NCBI RefSeq assembly: GCF_017876815.1
Contig: NZ_JAGIOS010000002.1
Coordinates: 1,560,001-1,592,000, forward strand
From: Sinorhizobium meliloti
GTDB lineage: Bacteria; Pseudomonadota; Alphaproteobacteria; Rhizobiales; Rhizobiaceae
Direction of reading: 5' to 3'
Length of the DNA stretch: 32,000 nucleotides
Under the pieces are notes generated by a model. That model was not told where the DNA came from. It was given only the letters and a program-made list of their open reading frames with translations, and made no database searches. Of the stretch, positions 24,285 through 32,000 are shown piece after piece. The translations under genes and the position numbers were made by a program. How positions within the stretch are numbered: the first letter of the stretch is position 1; every line of letters begins with the position of its first letter.

Positions 24285-25382
24285 ATGAAGATCGCCTTTC
24301 ATGCACCGCTGAAATCGCCTGACCACCCTGTCCCTTCCGGCGACAGGCAGATGGCACGCATGCTGATCGAAGCGCTACGGGTGGCAGGTCACGACGTCGG
24401 CATCGCCTCGGAACTGCGCACCTTCTCGCGTGAAGCCTCGGATGCGGCATTTTCGGCGTTGCGCAAGGAGGCCGAGCGGGAGATCGCCCGGATTCGGCGG
24501 CTCTGGCAGTCGAAAGGCCCGCCCGACCTGTGGTTTTGCTACCACCCTTACTACAAGGCTCCGGATCTCATCGGTCCCGCGCTCTCGGCGGACTTCTCCA
24601 TTCCATACGTTACCGCCGAGAGTTCTTATTCCTTTCGGCGCAACTTGGGTGCATGGAAACTGGCGCAAGATGAGGTCGCCGCCGGTGCAAGGCAGGCTGC
24701 GGTCAACATCTGTTTCACCCATCGTGACCGCGAGGGTCTCGAAGAGGCGATACCGGAAGTGCGCTCTGCGCTGCTCGCCCCTTTCATCGATGTGTCGCCG
24801 TTTCGCGACCTGCGAAGAACAGAGGCCGGCGGGAACCGGCTGTTCGCCGTCGCGATGATGCGTACGGGCGACAAGATGGATAGCTATCGCATGCTTGCCC
24901 GCGCGCTCGCCCTCGTCGCCGATGTGCCCTGGACGCTTACGGTGGTGGGCGACGGCCCTGCACGGGCTGACGTATCGGAAGCCTTCTCGGCCTTTCCCGC
25001 AGGACGGCTGGATTGGCTTGGCGAGAGGCCGCCTCAGGCGATTCCGGAGATTCTCGCGGGCGGCGACCTCTATGTCTGGCCGGGCTGCGGGGAGGCCTAC
25101 GGACTATCCTATCTGGAGGCGCAGGCTGCCGGCCTCCCTGTCGTCGCGCAGCACACGGCAGGTGTTCCAGAAGTCGTACGAAACGGCGAAACGGGATATC
25201 TGACGACGGCCGGGGACATCGACGCGCTGGCGGCAGCGCTGCGACACTTCCTCGTGGACGGGACCTTACGCAGGCAATTTGGCGAGCGCGCGCGGCGTTT
25301 CGTTTTCGAGCAGCGCTCGCTTCCCGCCGCCGCCGCACGTCTCTCCGGAATCTTCGCCGAGTTCGTTGGGAGTGCGAAATGA
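24285..25382 (+). CDS. GT4-family glycosyltransferase
   Basis: The C-terminal region reads GCGEAYGLSYLEAQAAGLPVVAQHTAGVPEVVRNGETGYL. Its stop overlaps the next start (ATGA at 25379-25382). Confidence 0.9.
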   Translation: MKIAFHAPLKSPDHPVPSGDRQMARMLIEALRVAGHDVGIASELRTFSREASDAAFSALRKEAEREIARIRRLWQSKGPPDLWFCYHPYYKAPDLIGPALSADFSIPYVTAESSYSFRRNLGAWKLAQDEVAAGARQAAVNICFTHRDREGLEEAIPEVRSALLAPFIDVSPFRDLRRTEAGGNRLFAVAMMRTGDKMDSYRMLARALALVADVPWTLTVVGDGPARADVSEAFSAFPAGRLDWLGERPPQAIPEILAGGDLYVWPGCGEAYGLSYLEAQAAGLPVVAQHTAGVPEVVRNGETGYLTTAGDIDALAAALRHFLVDGTLRRQFGERARRFVFEQRSLPAAAARLSGIFAEFVGSAK

Positions 25383-26149
25383 CGATGGCATCGATCTGGC
25401 AAACGCTTGCCAACAGGCTCGATCGCCTGCAGGAGACAGGCGGATCGATCGACTTCTGGCTGCGGGACGACGATGCCGTCGAGCCGACGGCGGCCCTTCA
25501 CCGACTGCTCGACCTTACCGACCGCTTTTCGGTGCCGGTGAGCTTGGCCGTCATACCGGCACATACCGACGAGCGCCTCTCGCGCTGCCTCGCCGGCCGT
25601 CCGCATGTCGATGTTGCTGTCCACGGGTGGTCCCATCAAAACCATGCCCCTGTGACTGAAAAACGCCAGGAACTGGGAGGACACAGGTCGCGCGAGATGG
25701 TTGCGGCCGACTTGCGCGCCGGTTGGGCACGCCTGCGCGCGCTTTATCCCACCGCTATGGTGCCGCTCCTCGTTCCGCCATGGAACCGGATCGATCCGGG
25801 GCTGGTCGCCGGATTGCACGAGATCGGGTTTAGGGCCCTTTCGGTTTTCGGACCGGAGGAGGGGGCAAAATCCGCCGCATTACGCGTTCCCGGGCTGCAG
25901 CTCATAAATGCCCATGTGGATGTGATGGACTGGCACGGCACCCGCGGCTGTCGCCCTTATGGCGAGATCCTTCGCGACATCGATAGCCGACTGGATGAAA
26001 TCGAGAAGGGCGGCGGGACGGTGGGAATTCTCACCCACCACCTCGTTCACGACGAGAGCGTATGGGAATTCCTCTCCGGACTTTTCGACGTCACCGCCTC
26101 GCACGCGGCCTGCCGCTGGCGCAGGGTCGCCGATCTTATAGATCGATGA
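25379..26149 (+). CDS. CE4/NodB-like polysaccharide deacetylase family protein
   Basis: CE4-like motifs can be read: WLRDDDA (Asp-Asp), HGWSHQNH (H-x3-H) and LVPPWNR (R/P-P-Y/W). The start is set at the ATG that overlaps the upstream stop. The track ORF from 25013 is an out-of-context 5-prime extension overlapping the GT4 gene. Confidence 0.7.
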   Translation: MTMASIWQTLANRLDRLQETGGSIDFWLRDDDAVEPTAALHRLLDLTDRFSVPVSLAVIPAHTDERLSRCLAGRPHVDVAVHGWSHQNHAPVTEKRQELGGHRSREMVAADLRAGWARLRALYPTAMVPLLVPPWNRIDPGLVAGLHEIGFRALSVFGPEEGAKSAALRVPGLQLINAHVDVMDWHGTRGCRPYGEILRDIDSRLDEIEKGGGTVGILTHHLVHDESVWEFLSGLFDVTASHAACRWRRVADLIDR

Positions 26150-26966
26150 CCTGACGGTCGCACGCGGCGAAGGCGCCCGAGAAGAAAGCCTGGACTTCCT
26201 GTTCCATTGCGGCGAGTGCGGCGTCGGTGCGCGACGGATCGTGGTGGAACATGGCGAGGCGCGTGACGCCTGCGGCTTTGGCGAGCTGCGATCCATGCAT
26301 CCCGGTCGAGTGTCCGTAGCCGCGAAAGGTTGGCATTTCGCTTTCCAGGTAGGTGCAGTCATAGATCATGAGATCGGCTCCGGCGATGAAATCGAGGAGC
26401 ACGGGGTCGAGAATGCCGGGTTCGTGTTCCGTGTCGTAGACGAGCGCGACCGCCCTCCCGCCCCATTCGATACGGTAGCCGACGCATCCCCCGGGATGCA
26501 CGAGGCTCATGGTGCGAATGGAAACGTCCTTTCGCGGCGACAGTGTTTCACCCGGACGGAAATCGACTGTGTCGAGGCTCGCCTGACAGATGCCCGTTCC
26601 GACCGGGAACCATGGCGGCCTCATGAACTCGTTGATCATTTCGGCCGTGGACATCGTGCCGTGGAGATGGCCGGACCAGAAACGGACGGCGGAGCTGCAG
26701 CGGTAGATCGGCTTGAAATAGGGCAGGCCGATGATGTGATCGTAATGGGTGTGGGTGAAGAAAACGTCGAACTCGGAGACACCTTCGGACATCAGCGACA
26801 GCCCGGCCTCGCGCAGCCCCGATCCCGCATCGAAGATCAGCACCTCTTTTCCGCACCGAATTTCGATGCAGGGCGTATTTCCTCCGTAGTGCAGGAACTG
26901 CTCGCCGGATACCGGCAAGCTGCCTCTTACGCCCCAAAACTTCACTCGAAATGTATCGTCCTGCAT
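26136..26966 (-). CDS. MBL-fold metallo-hydrolase (PhnP / class II phosphodiesterase-like)
   Basis: It has an N-terminal KFWGVRGSLP...YGGNTPCIEI and the metal motif FFTHTHYDHIIGLP (H-x-H-x-D-H). Later His/Asp ligands are present (GYGHST, MFHHDP). Its 3-prime end overlaps the convergent deacetylase gene by 14 bp. Confidence 0.85.
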   Translation of the reverse strand: MQDDTFRVKFWGVRGSLPVSGEQFLHYGGNTPCIEIRCGKEVLIFDAGSGLREAGLSLMSEGVSEFDVFFTHTHYDHIIGLPYFKPIYRCSSAVRFWSGHLHGTMSTAEMINEFMRPPWFPVGTGICQASLDTVDFRPGETLSPRKDVSIRTMSLVHPGGCVGYRIEWGGRAVALVYDTEHEPGILDPVLLDFIAGADLMIYDCTYLESEMPTFRGYGHSTGMHGSQLAKAAGVTRLAMFHHDPSRTDAALAAMEQEVQAFFSGAFAACDRQVIDL

Positions 26967-27194
26967 TCCGTTCCGGCTTTATCCTGCCTGCCGTAGCACT
27001 TTGCCCGGGCGTAGTGATTAGACAAGCACAAATCATGAGGGTCCTGCAATGCCATTGGCGCCATCGCGCACGGATTGCATGGCGAGAAGAGAAATCTATT
27101 CATCGAAGCGAAGGTGCTTTATCCATCGTAATCGGGTGAAAATCGCTCCAGCCTGGAATCAGCGACAGATGTCACCTCTAGGAGTTTGGCAACG

Positions 27195-28397
27195 ATGGTG
27201 CAGCCGGCCGACAGGGAATTCTACGCGGGCCTTCCTCTTTTCGAGGCATTCGAAGGTGTCGCCGACGAGGCCAACTACCGGCCCTTGCCCGACGGCTGGT
27301 GGCTCGCCGTTGCCGATATCGTCAATTCGACGGGAGCGATCGCCGAAGGGCGATACAAGAGCGTGAACATGGCGGGCGCGAGCGTCATCTCGGCGCTCAT
27401 GAACGGCCTCGACGAGAGAAACCTCGCATTCGTCTTCGGCGGCGACGGAGCGCTCGCCGCCGTGCCCGGAACGCTGGCGGCAAAAGCAAGGGACGTGCTC
27501 GCAGCGGCGAAGACATGGGTGGCGGAGGAGCTGGGCCTCGAGCTTCGCGCCGCGATCGTCCCGGTTTCCGACGTGCGCGCCAGCGGGTTCGACATGCGTG
27601 TCGCGCGCTTCAAGGCGAGCGAGGAAGTCTCTTACGCTATGTTTTCCGGCGGCGGCGCCAGTTGGGCGGAAGCGGAAATGAAGGCGGGCCGCTACCAGAT
27701 CGAGGCCGCGCCGCCGGGCACGAGACCCGACCTGACCGGATTGTCATGCCGCTGGAACCCGATCGTCTCGCATCACGGAGCGATCGTCTCCATCATCGCG
27801 GTTCCGGGAGAGCGCGGCATCGGCCCGGAATACCAGGCGCTGATCGGCGACATCGTGGCCTTGGCCGAGGGGGAGGAGCGAGGCGGGCACCCGGTACCGG
27901 AAAAGGGACCCGAGCCGCACCTTTCCGTGCGCGGCATTACGGCGGAATCGCGCGCCGTCGCGCCGAGGGGCCGCCGCTTCCTGACCTGGTCCTTCGTCGC
28001 CGCGCAGAGCCTTGCACTGTTTCTCTGTTTCAGGCTCGGCATCAATTTCGGACCGTTTGACGTCAAGCGATATGCGAGAGACCTCGCCAGCAATTCGGAC
28101 TTCCGCAAGTTCGACGACGCGCTGAAGATGACGATCGACGTCAGTCTCGATCGGCTGGGCCGTATCGAGGAGCGGCTGAAGCAGGGCGCAGCGGCGGGCA
28201 TATGCCGCTACGGGCTGCACCGGCAGGATTCGGCGCTGATGACGTGTATCGTTCCGACCCCGATGAGCAGAGACCATATGCACTTCATCGACGGTGCCGC
28301 CGGCGGCTACGCGGTGGCCGCCCGGAACCTGAAGGCCGCTCTTTCCGGAGAGGACCTTTTGCGGACCGGGGATATTTCCCCTGCGGTCAAGCCTTGA
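27195..28397 (+). CDS. DUF3095-family protein with a nucleotidyl-cyclase-like palm
   Basis: The N-terminus FYAGLPLFEAFEGVADEANYRPLPDGWWLAVADIVNSTGAIAEGRYKSVNMAGASVISALMN matches my memory of DUF3095. ADIVNST and FVFGGDGALAAV mirror the two metal-Asp motifs of class III cyclases. The ATG at 27195 follows AGGAG by 10 nt; the track start is the TTG at 27186. Confidence 0.75.
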   Translation: MVQPADREFYAGLPLFEAFEGVADEANYRPLPDGWWLAVADIVNSTGAIAEGRYKSVNMAGASVISALMNGLDERNLAFVFGGDGALAAVPGTLAAKARDVLAAAKTWVAEELGLELRAAIVPVSDVRASGFDMRVARFKASEEVSYAMFSGGGASWAEAEMKAGRYQIEAAPPGTRPDLTGLSCRWNPIVSHHGAIVSIIAVPGERGIGPEYQALIGDIVALAEGEERGGHPVPEKGPEPHLSVRGITAESRAVAPRGRRFLTWSFVAAQSLALFLCFRLGINFGPFDVKRYARDLASNSDFRKFDDALKMTIDVSLDRLGRIEERLKQGAAAGICRYGLHRQDSALMTCIVPTPMSRDHMHFIDGAAGGYAVAARNLKAALSGEDLLRTGDISPAVKP

Positions 28398-29820
28398 CGA
28401 TGTGCTCGGCAGCAAGCCCGAGGCGCGCGAAGACGTTACGCGTGTCGACGATCAGCGGCGACCAGTCGGCAAGCGCGGCATAGTCGACGGCGTCGTGGTC
28501 GGTCGCGATAAGAACGGCATCGAAGCCGCGAACCGTCGCTTCGTCGAAGACGACCGACCGCCGGCCCTTCAAGGCCATGTGTTCGCGCGTCGAGGGGATT
28601 TCTTCCACATGGGGGTCGTAGAAGGCGGCCTTGCCGCCGCGCTCCTCGATGAGTTCTATCAGCTTCAGGGAGGGGCTTTCGCGAATGTCCGGAACATTCT
28701 TCTTGTAGGCGAGGCCGATGACGAGGACCGCCGAGCGGCTGAGCGCCTTGCCCTCCCGCCGGTCGAGCGCCTCGGCGAGCCTTGCCATGACGTGACGGGG
28801 CATTGCCGAATTGATCTCGCCGGCGAGCTCGATGAAGCGCGTCGGTAGCTCGTACTCCCGGGATTTCCATGTCAGATAAAAGGGATCGATGGGAATGCAG
28901 TGACCACCGAGCCCAGGCCCCGGATAGAAGGGCATGTAGCCGAAGGGCTTCGTCTTGGCGGCATCGATCACCTCCCAGACGTCGATGCCCATCGCCTCGT
29001 AGACGACCTTGAGTTCGTTGACGAGGGCGATGTTCACGGCGCGGAAGATATTCTCGGTCAGTTTTACCGCCTCTGCGGTCGCGTTGGACGAGACCGGAAC
29101 CACCGTCGTGACCACGGCGGCATAGAACCGCTCCATCAGCCCTGCGGCCATTGGGCCGTCTCCGGCCACGACCTTGGGAATGCTCGTGGTCTCGTAGGCG
29201 CGATTGCCCGGGTCTTCGCGTTCCGGCGAGAATCCGATGAAGAAGTCGGTGCCGGATTTGAGCCCCGTTTCCTCCAGGATGGAGCGCACGATACCGTCGG
29301 TGGTGCCGGGATAGGTGGTCGACTCCAGAACGACGAGCTGGCCCGGCCGCAAGCAGGCGGCGATCGCGCGCGACGTATTCTCCACGAAAGAGAGGTCGGG
29401 ATCGCGGTGCCTGGTGAGCGGCGTCGGCACGCAGATGATGATGACGTCGCAAAATCCAAGGTCCGAAAAGTCGGTCGTGGAGCGGAACCGCCCGGCGCCG
29501 GCTTCGCGCGCAAGCGCCTCGTCCGAAACCGCTTCGATATAGGAGCTCCCGGCGTCGAGCGCGACGATCTTGCCCGGGTCGATGTCGAAACCGGTGACAT
29601 GGAAGCCGGAGCGCGCGACTGCAACGGCAAGCGGCAGGCCGACATAGCCGAGGCCGATGACGCCGACGCGAGCGGTGCGGCCGGAGATCGATTCGAGCAG
29701 CCTGTCGTGATGCGGAGAGGTCAAGATTGGCGTCCAGTTCTGTTGCCGGGAGGGCCGCTTCAGCGATCCGGCTGCGGAGCCCGGTGTCGTTTTGTTGGCG
29801 GGAAAGCCACCGCAAGTCAA
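28387..29820 (-). CDS. Nucleotide-sugar 6-dehydrogenase, UDP-N-acetylhexosamine dehydrogenase type (WbpA/WecC/TviB/Cap5O-like)
   Basis: Family motifs are present: ARVGVIGLGYVGLPLAVAVA (Rossmann), DVIIICVPTPL and the catalytic-Cys motif GLGGHCIPIDPFYLTWK. The outermost start is the TTG at 29820. The TTG at 29724 (MTSPHHDRLLE...) gives a more typical N-terminus. Its 3-prime end overlaps the convergent DUF3095 gene by 11 bp. Confidence 0.9.
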   Translation of the reverse strand: MTCGGFPANKTTPGSAAGSLKRPSRQQNWTPILTSPHHDRLLESISGRTARVGVIGLGYVGLPLAVAVARSGFHVTGFDIDPGKIVALDAGSSYIEAVSDEALAREAGAGRFRSTTDFSDLGFCDVIIICVPTPLTRHRDPDLSFVENTSRAIAACLRPGQLVVLESTTYPGTTDGIVRSILEETGLKSGTDFFIGFSPEREDPGNRAYETTSIPKVVAGDGPMAAGLMERFYAAVVTTVVPVSSNATAEAVKLTENIFRAVNIALVNELKVVYEAMGIDVWEVIDAAKTKPFGYMPFYPGPGLGGHCIPIDPFYLTWKSREYELPTRFIELAGEINSAMPRHVMARLAEALDRREGKALSRSAVLVIGLAYKKNVPDIRESPSLKLIELIEERGGKAAFYDPHVEEIPSTREHMALKGRRSVVFDEATVRGFDAVLIATDHDAVDYAALADWSPLIVDTRNVFARLGLAAEHIVKA

Positions 29821-30171
29821 GCGCGGCGCGCCGTCAGCGGCGCCGCACGCCTCACGGCCTGCGTCGTTTTGTCTGGCCGGGCAGGCATGCGGTCGTGAGG
29901 GACCCCGGCAATTTCAGGGTGCAATGCGCAGGGCTGTTGCGTGTACGATCCGGCAACGATCAAAAATCGCTCGTGGTCTCTGGAAAAAGTCCTCCGCGGT
30001 GAATATCTGCAGGGGCGCAGCGGTGACCCGATCGCTGCACGAACGGCCGCGGGAGGCGGCGGGAGCCTTCTTTCACCGACGGGTACCCACTTCAGTGCTG
30101 CCGCGAGCGAGCGATCGCTGCTCCGCGGTCGGCGCTGGTGGCGACCGTTGCCGCGACGATGAGGATATGGC

Positions 30172-31521
30172 ATGAGCCCGATCAACGACAATGTTTCCGA
30201 AATCCTCCTGGACAAGGTCGCTGACTGGCTCATGCGAACCTCGCTCAGCGACGAAACGCTTGAAACCATCGTGCGCGGTTTCTGCGAACGGTTGGCGGCG
30301 GCGGGCCTGCCGCTCATGCGCGTTCATCTGTCTTTCTCGATGCTTCATCCGCTTTACGACGCCCTCGGCTTTACCTGGTGGCGAGGTCAGGGTGTCGAGG
30401 TGAGTGGTCTGCGTCATGAGGAACTGGCGCTCAATCCCGAGCGATTCCTGCACAGTCCGTATTATTACCTGCTCAGCAACAATCTCGACCATGTCAGGCG
30501 TCGGATCGATCCCGCCTTGCCCTCGGAGTTTCCGATTTTCGACGAGCTGAAGGAGCAGGGAGCGACCGACTACATAGCCTTCATGCAACCTCTTGGAGCC
30601 GAATCCGAACACGGAATGGTCGGCTCGTGGACGACGGACCGTCAGGGCGGCTTTAGCGACGACGTCATTGCGGCGCTCCTCAGACTTCAGAACCACCTGG
30701 CGATCGCCGCCAAAGTGGCCGTGCTCGGCAAGCTCGCCGACAATATGTTGACCACCTATCTTGGCGCCAATGCCGGGCGCCGCGTAATGAGCGGCCAGGT
30801 CCGGCGCGGCGACGGCGAGACGGTTCGCGCAGTTCTCGTCATGGCGGATATGCGCCAGTCGACGATGCTTGCCGAAAAGGAAGGCCGGCAGGCCTATATC
30901 GAGTCGTTGAACGGATTCTTCGACGCGATCGCCACGCCCTTCAACCGCAACGGCGGACAGATCCTGAGCTTCATCGGCGACGGCTTCATCGGCGTCTACC
31001 CCTGCGGCCGACACAAGGAGCCGTCGGAGATGGCCAGCCGCGAGGCGTTCGCCGCCGTGGGCGCGGCGACGGCGCGCATGGCCGCCCTCAACGCGGAACG
31101 CAAGAGGCAGGGCCGCGACCCTATCGGCTACGGCATCGCCCTGCATGTCGGAAACGTCATGTTCGGCAATGTCGGCCTGCGCGACCGGCTGACCTTCTCG
31201 GTGTTCGGCTCCGCGGTGAACGAGGTTCAGCGGCTGCAGAACCTGACGAAGAAATATGCCCACAGCGTCGTCGCGAGCGAGGCCTTCGTGAATTATTGCG
31301 GCGGGGAATGGCAAACGCTCGGGCAGGAGAAACTGCGCGGGGTTCGCCAGAAGTTCACGGTCCTCTACCCGCGGGATACCGCCCTTGCTGCAATTGCGCA
31401 GGAGCGGGCATATGATGCAACCGAGGATGGACTTTCCGAGGCGGAGCATGTCATGTTGCTCTACCGCAACAAGAAGCGGCCGCCTGGCCCGCGCGGTCTG
31501 ATCGACAAGATGCTTCAATGA
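30172..31521 (+). CDS. Class III adenylate/guanylate cyclase with an about 215-aa N-terminal sensor-like domain of unknown type
   Basis: The catalytic domain reads AVLVMADMRQST (metal Asp), ILSFIGDGFIGVY (second metal Asp), GIALHVGNVMFGNVG and FSVFGSAVNEVQRLQ (transition-state Asn and Arg). A GAGGA lies 7 nt upstream of the ATG. Confidence 0.9.
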   Translation: MSPINDNVSEILLDKVADWLMRTSLSDETLETIVRGFCERLAAAGLPLMRVHLSFSMLHPLYDALGFTWWRGQGVEVSGLRHEELALNPERFLHSPYYYLLSNNLDHVRRRIDPALPSEFPIFDELKEQGATDYIAFMQPLGAESEHGMVGSWTTDRQGGFSDDVIAALLRLQNHLAIAAKVAVLGKLADNMLTTYLGANAGRRVMSGQVRRGDGETVRAVLVMADMRQSTMLAEKEGRQAYIESLNGFFDAIATPFNRNGGQILSFIGDGFIGVYPCGRHKEPSEMASREAFAAVGAATARMAALNAERKRQGRDPIGYGIALHVGNVMFGNVGLRDRLTFSVFGSAVNEVQRLQNLTKKYAHSVVASEAFVNYCGGEWQTLGQEKLRGVRQKFTVLYPRDTALAAIAQERAYDATEDGLSEAEHVMLLYRNKKRPPGPRGLIDKMLQ

Positions 31522-31529
31522 GGGGACCG

Positions 31530-32000
31530 ATGTTTCGAATAGCTCTGCTGGCGGCGGCGATTGCCTTGCCGAGTCTCACCTATGCCCAGTCGGCGGACGA
31601 GCCGCCAATTTATGAACGGAGATTGTTCGACGGTTTCGAGGGTACGGATTTCGCGCCCGAAGGGGGACTCTACTACCGCGAGAATTTCGAGCAGAGCGCC
31701 GGCAGATACGAGTTCCAGAGCGCCGTCAAGCGCACCGGCAATGGTGGGCTGAAGCTCAGCATCGTGCCGAATTGCCCTGCGGATCACGACGGCTGCAGCG
31801 AACGCGCGGAGATCTGGGAAAAGACCGAGCTGCGGGTGCCCTACGACAAAGGGGTCTGGTACGGCTTCTCGGTAAAGTTCGCCGATCCGGTGCCGAGCGA
31901 CGACCACCGCTATCTCATCGCGCAGTGGAAGCGAGAGATCGATCCCGGTGCCGAGGGCGACTTCAGCCCCTTCCTGGCGCTGCGCATGAATTCTGGAAAG
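31530..32000 (+). CDS. Secreted polysaccharide-lyase-like protein (heparinase-I/glucuronan-lyase-type jelly-roll, PF14099-like); partial, continues past the right edge
   Basis: It is absent from the track because it is open at the edge. I translated it myself as MFRIALLAAAIALPSLTYAQSADEPP...SAVKRTGNGGLKLSIVP...CSERAEIWEKTELRVPYDKGVWYGFSVKFADPVPSDDHRYLIAQWKRE. It has a signal peptide, and the SERAE...WYGFS...IAQW pattern resembles that family. A GAGGGGA lies upstream of the ATG. Confidence 0.55.
   Translation, partial: MFRIALLAAAIALPSLTYAQSADEPPIYERRLFDGFEGTDFAPEGGLYYRENFEQSAGRYEFQSAVKRTGNGGLKLSIVPNCPADHDGCSERAEIWEKTELRVPYDKGVWYGFSVKFADPVPSDDHRYLIAQWKREIDPGAEGDFSPFLALRMNSGK

Noticed and set aside
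25013-25378. 5-prime extension of the deacetylase ORF; likewise 20557-20703 for the GT4 gene and 21991-22086 for the MscS gene
   Set aside because: The extensions overlap upstream genes or encode low-complexity leaders. Internal ATGs with Shine-Dalgarno-like purine runs, or an ATGA stop/start overlap, give family-typical N-termini.
28436-29898. ORFs 28436-29815 (-, 459 aa) and 28900-29898 (+, 332 aa)
   Set aside because: They are alternative-frame and antisense overlaps of the nucleotide-sugar dehydrogenase, and only the 28387-29820 frame has the GxGxxG and GGHCIP motifs.
29850-29900. Bulged inverted repeat CCTCACG-GCCTGC ... GCAGGC-(7 nt)-CGTGAGG upstream of the dehydrogenase
   Set aside because: It is an imperfect two-part stem with a large loop in very GC-rich DNA, so a chance occurrence is plausible. 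I have no supporting context such as a U tract or conservation that I can assess.
30073-31518. 481-aa minus-strand ORF
   Set aside because: It is antisense to the class III cyclase gene and has no recognisable motifs.
26136-31521. Interpretation of the cyclase, DUF3095 and MBL genes as a Pycsar- or CBASS-like antiphage system
   Set aside because: No effector-type gene is adjacent (no cNMP-binding TM or TIR protein, patatin, endonuclease or similar). The genes are interleaved with sugar-metabolism genes. A housekeeping or regulatory signalling role is more parsimonious, though the atypical specificity residues are still reported.
1-32000. Recurrent GCGATCGC (HIP1-like) palindromes, for example near 11226, 14386, 16271, 22716, 30108, 30701 and 30926
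   Set aside because: All but one lie inside coding regions. They are compatible with common GC-rich codon pairs, and there is no regular spacing or flanking conservation.
1-32000. Search for CRISPR arrays, tRNA or rRNA genes, and identity with the succinoglycan (exo) cluster
   Set aside because: No regularly spaced direct repeats or tRNA-like cloverleaf candidates were seen in the intergenic regions. The gene content differs from the classical exo gene set: it has sulfotransferases, DegT, an Fmt-like gene, PIG-L and a PL1 lyase, and lacks an exoA/L/M/O/U/W-type series and exoH/exoV-like genes.

Overview
This is a high-GC accessory region that looks alpha-proteobacterial and Rhizobiaceae-like. 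That placement is inferred from gene content and IS type and has not been searched. Bases 1-20200 hold a Wzx/Wzy-dependent surface-polysaccharide locus. Its core parts are a small phosphoglycosyl transferase, a Wzx flippase, a Wzy-type polymerase, a PCP/ExoP-like co-polymerase, an OPX/ExoF-like export protein and GT4 glycosyltransferases. It also has an amino-sugar branch: a CapD/WbpM-type 4,6-dehydratase, a DegT aminotransferase, an Fmt-like formyltransferase and a PIG-L deacetylase. The locus is unusually rich in decoration and turnover genes. These include three mutually divergent sulfotransferases, a methyltransferase-like protein and a secreted PL1 pectate-lyase-like enzyme. An intact 933-bp IS5-family (IS1031-group) element with 3-bp TTA target duplications sits between the formyltransferase-like and dehydratase genes. 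Bases 20700-26150 carry two more GT4 genes, a YbiO-sized MscS channel and a CE4-like deacetylase. Bases 26100-32000 mix polysaccharide genes with a possible cyclic-nucleotide module. The polysaccharide genes are a UDP-N-acetylhexosamine-type dehydrogenase and a partial secreted lyase-like protein. The candidate module is an MBL-fold hydrolase divergent from a DUF3095 cyclase-like protein, plus a class III nucleotidyl cyclase with non-canonical specificity residues. The main candidate for novelty is a multiply sulfated, possibly N-formylated and N-sulfated amino-sugar/uronic-acid polysaccharide with its own lyases and a kinase-dead PCP. I saw no rRNA, tRNA or CRISPR. Many long ORFs in the track are antisense or off-frame shadows typical of high-GC DNA. 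All functional calls rest on motifs read by eye, and no database search was possible.
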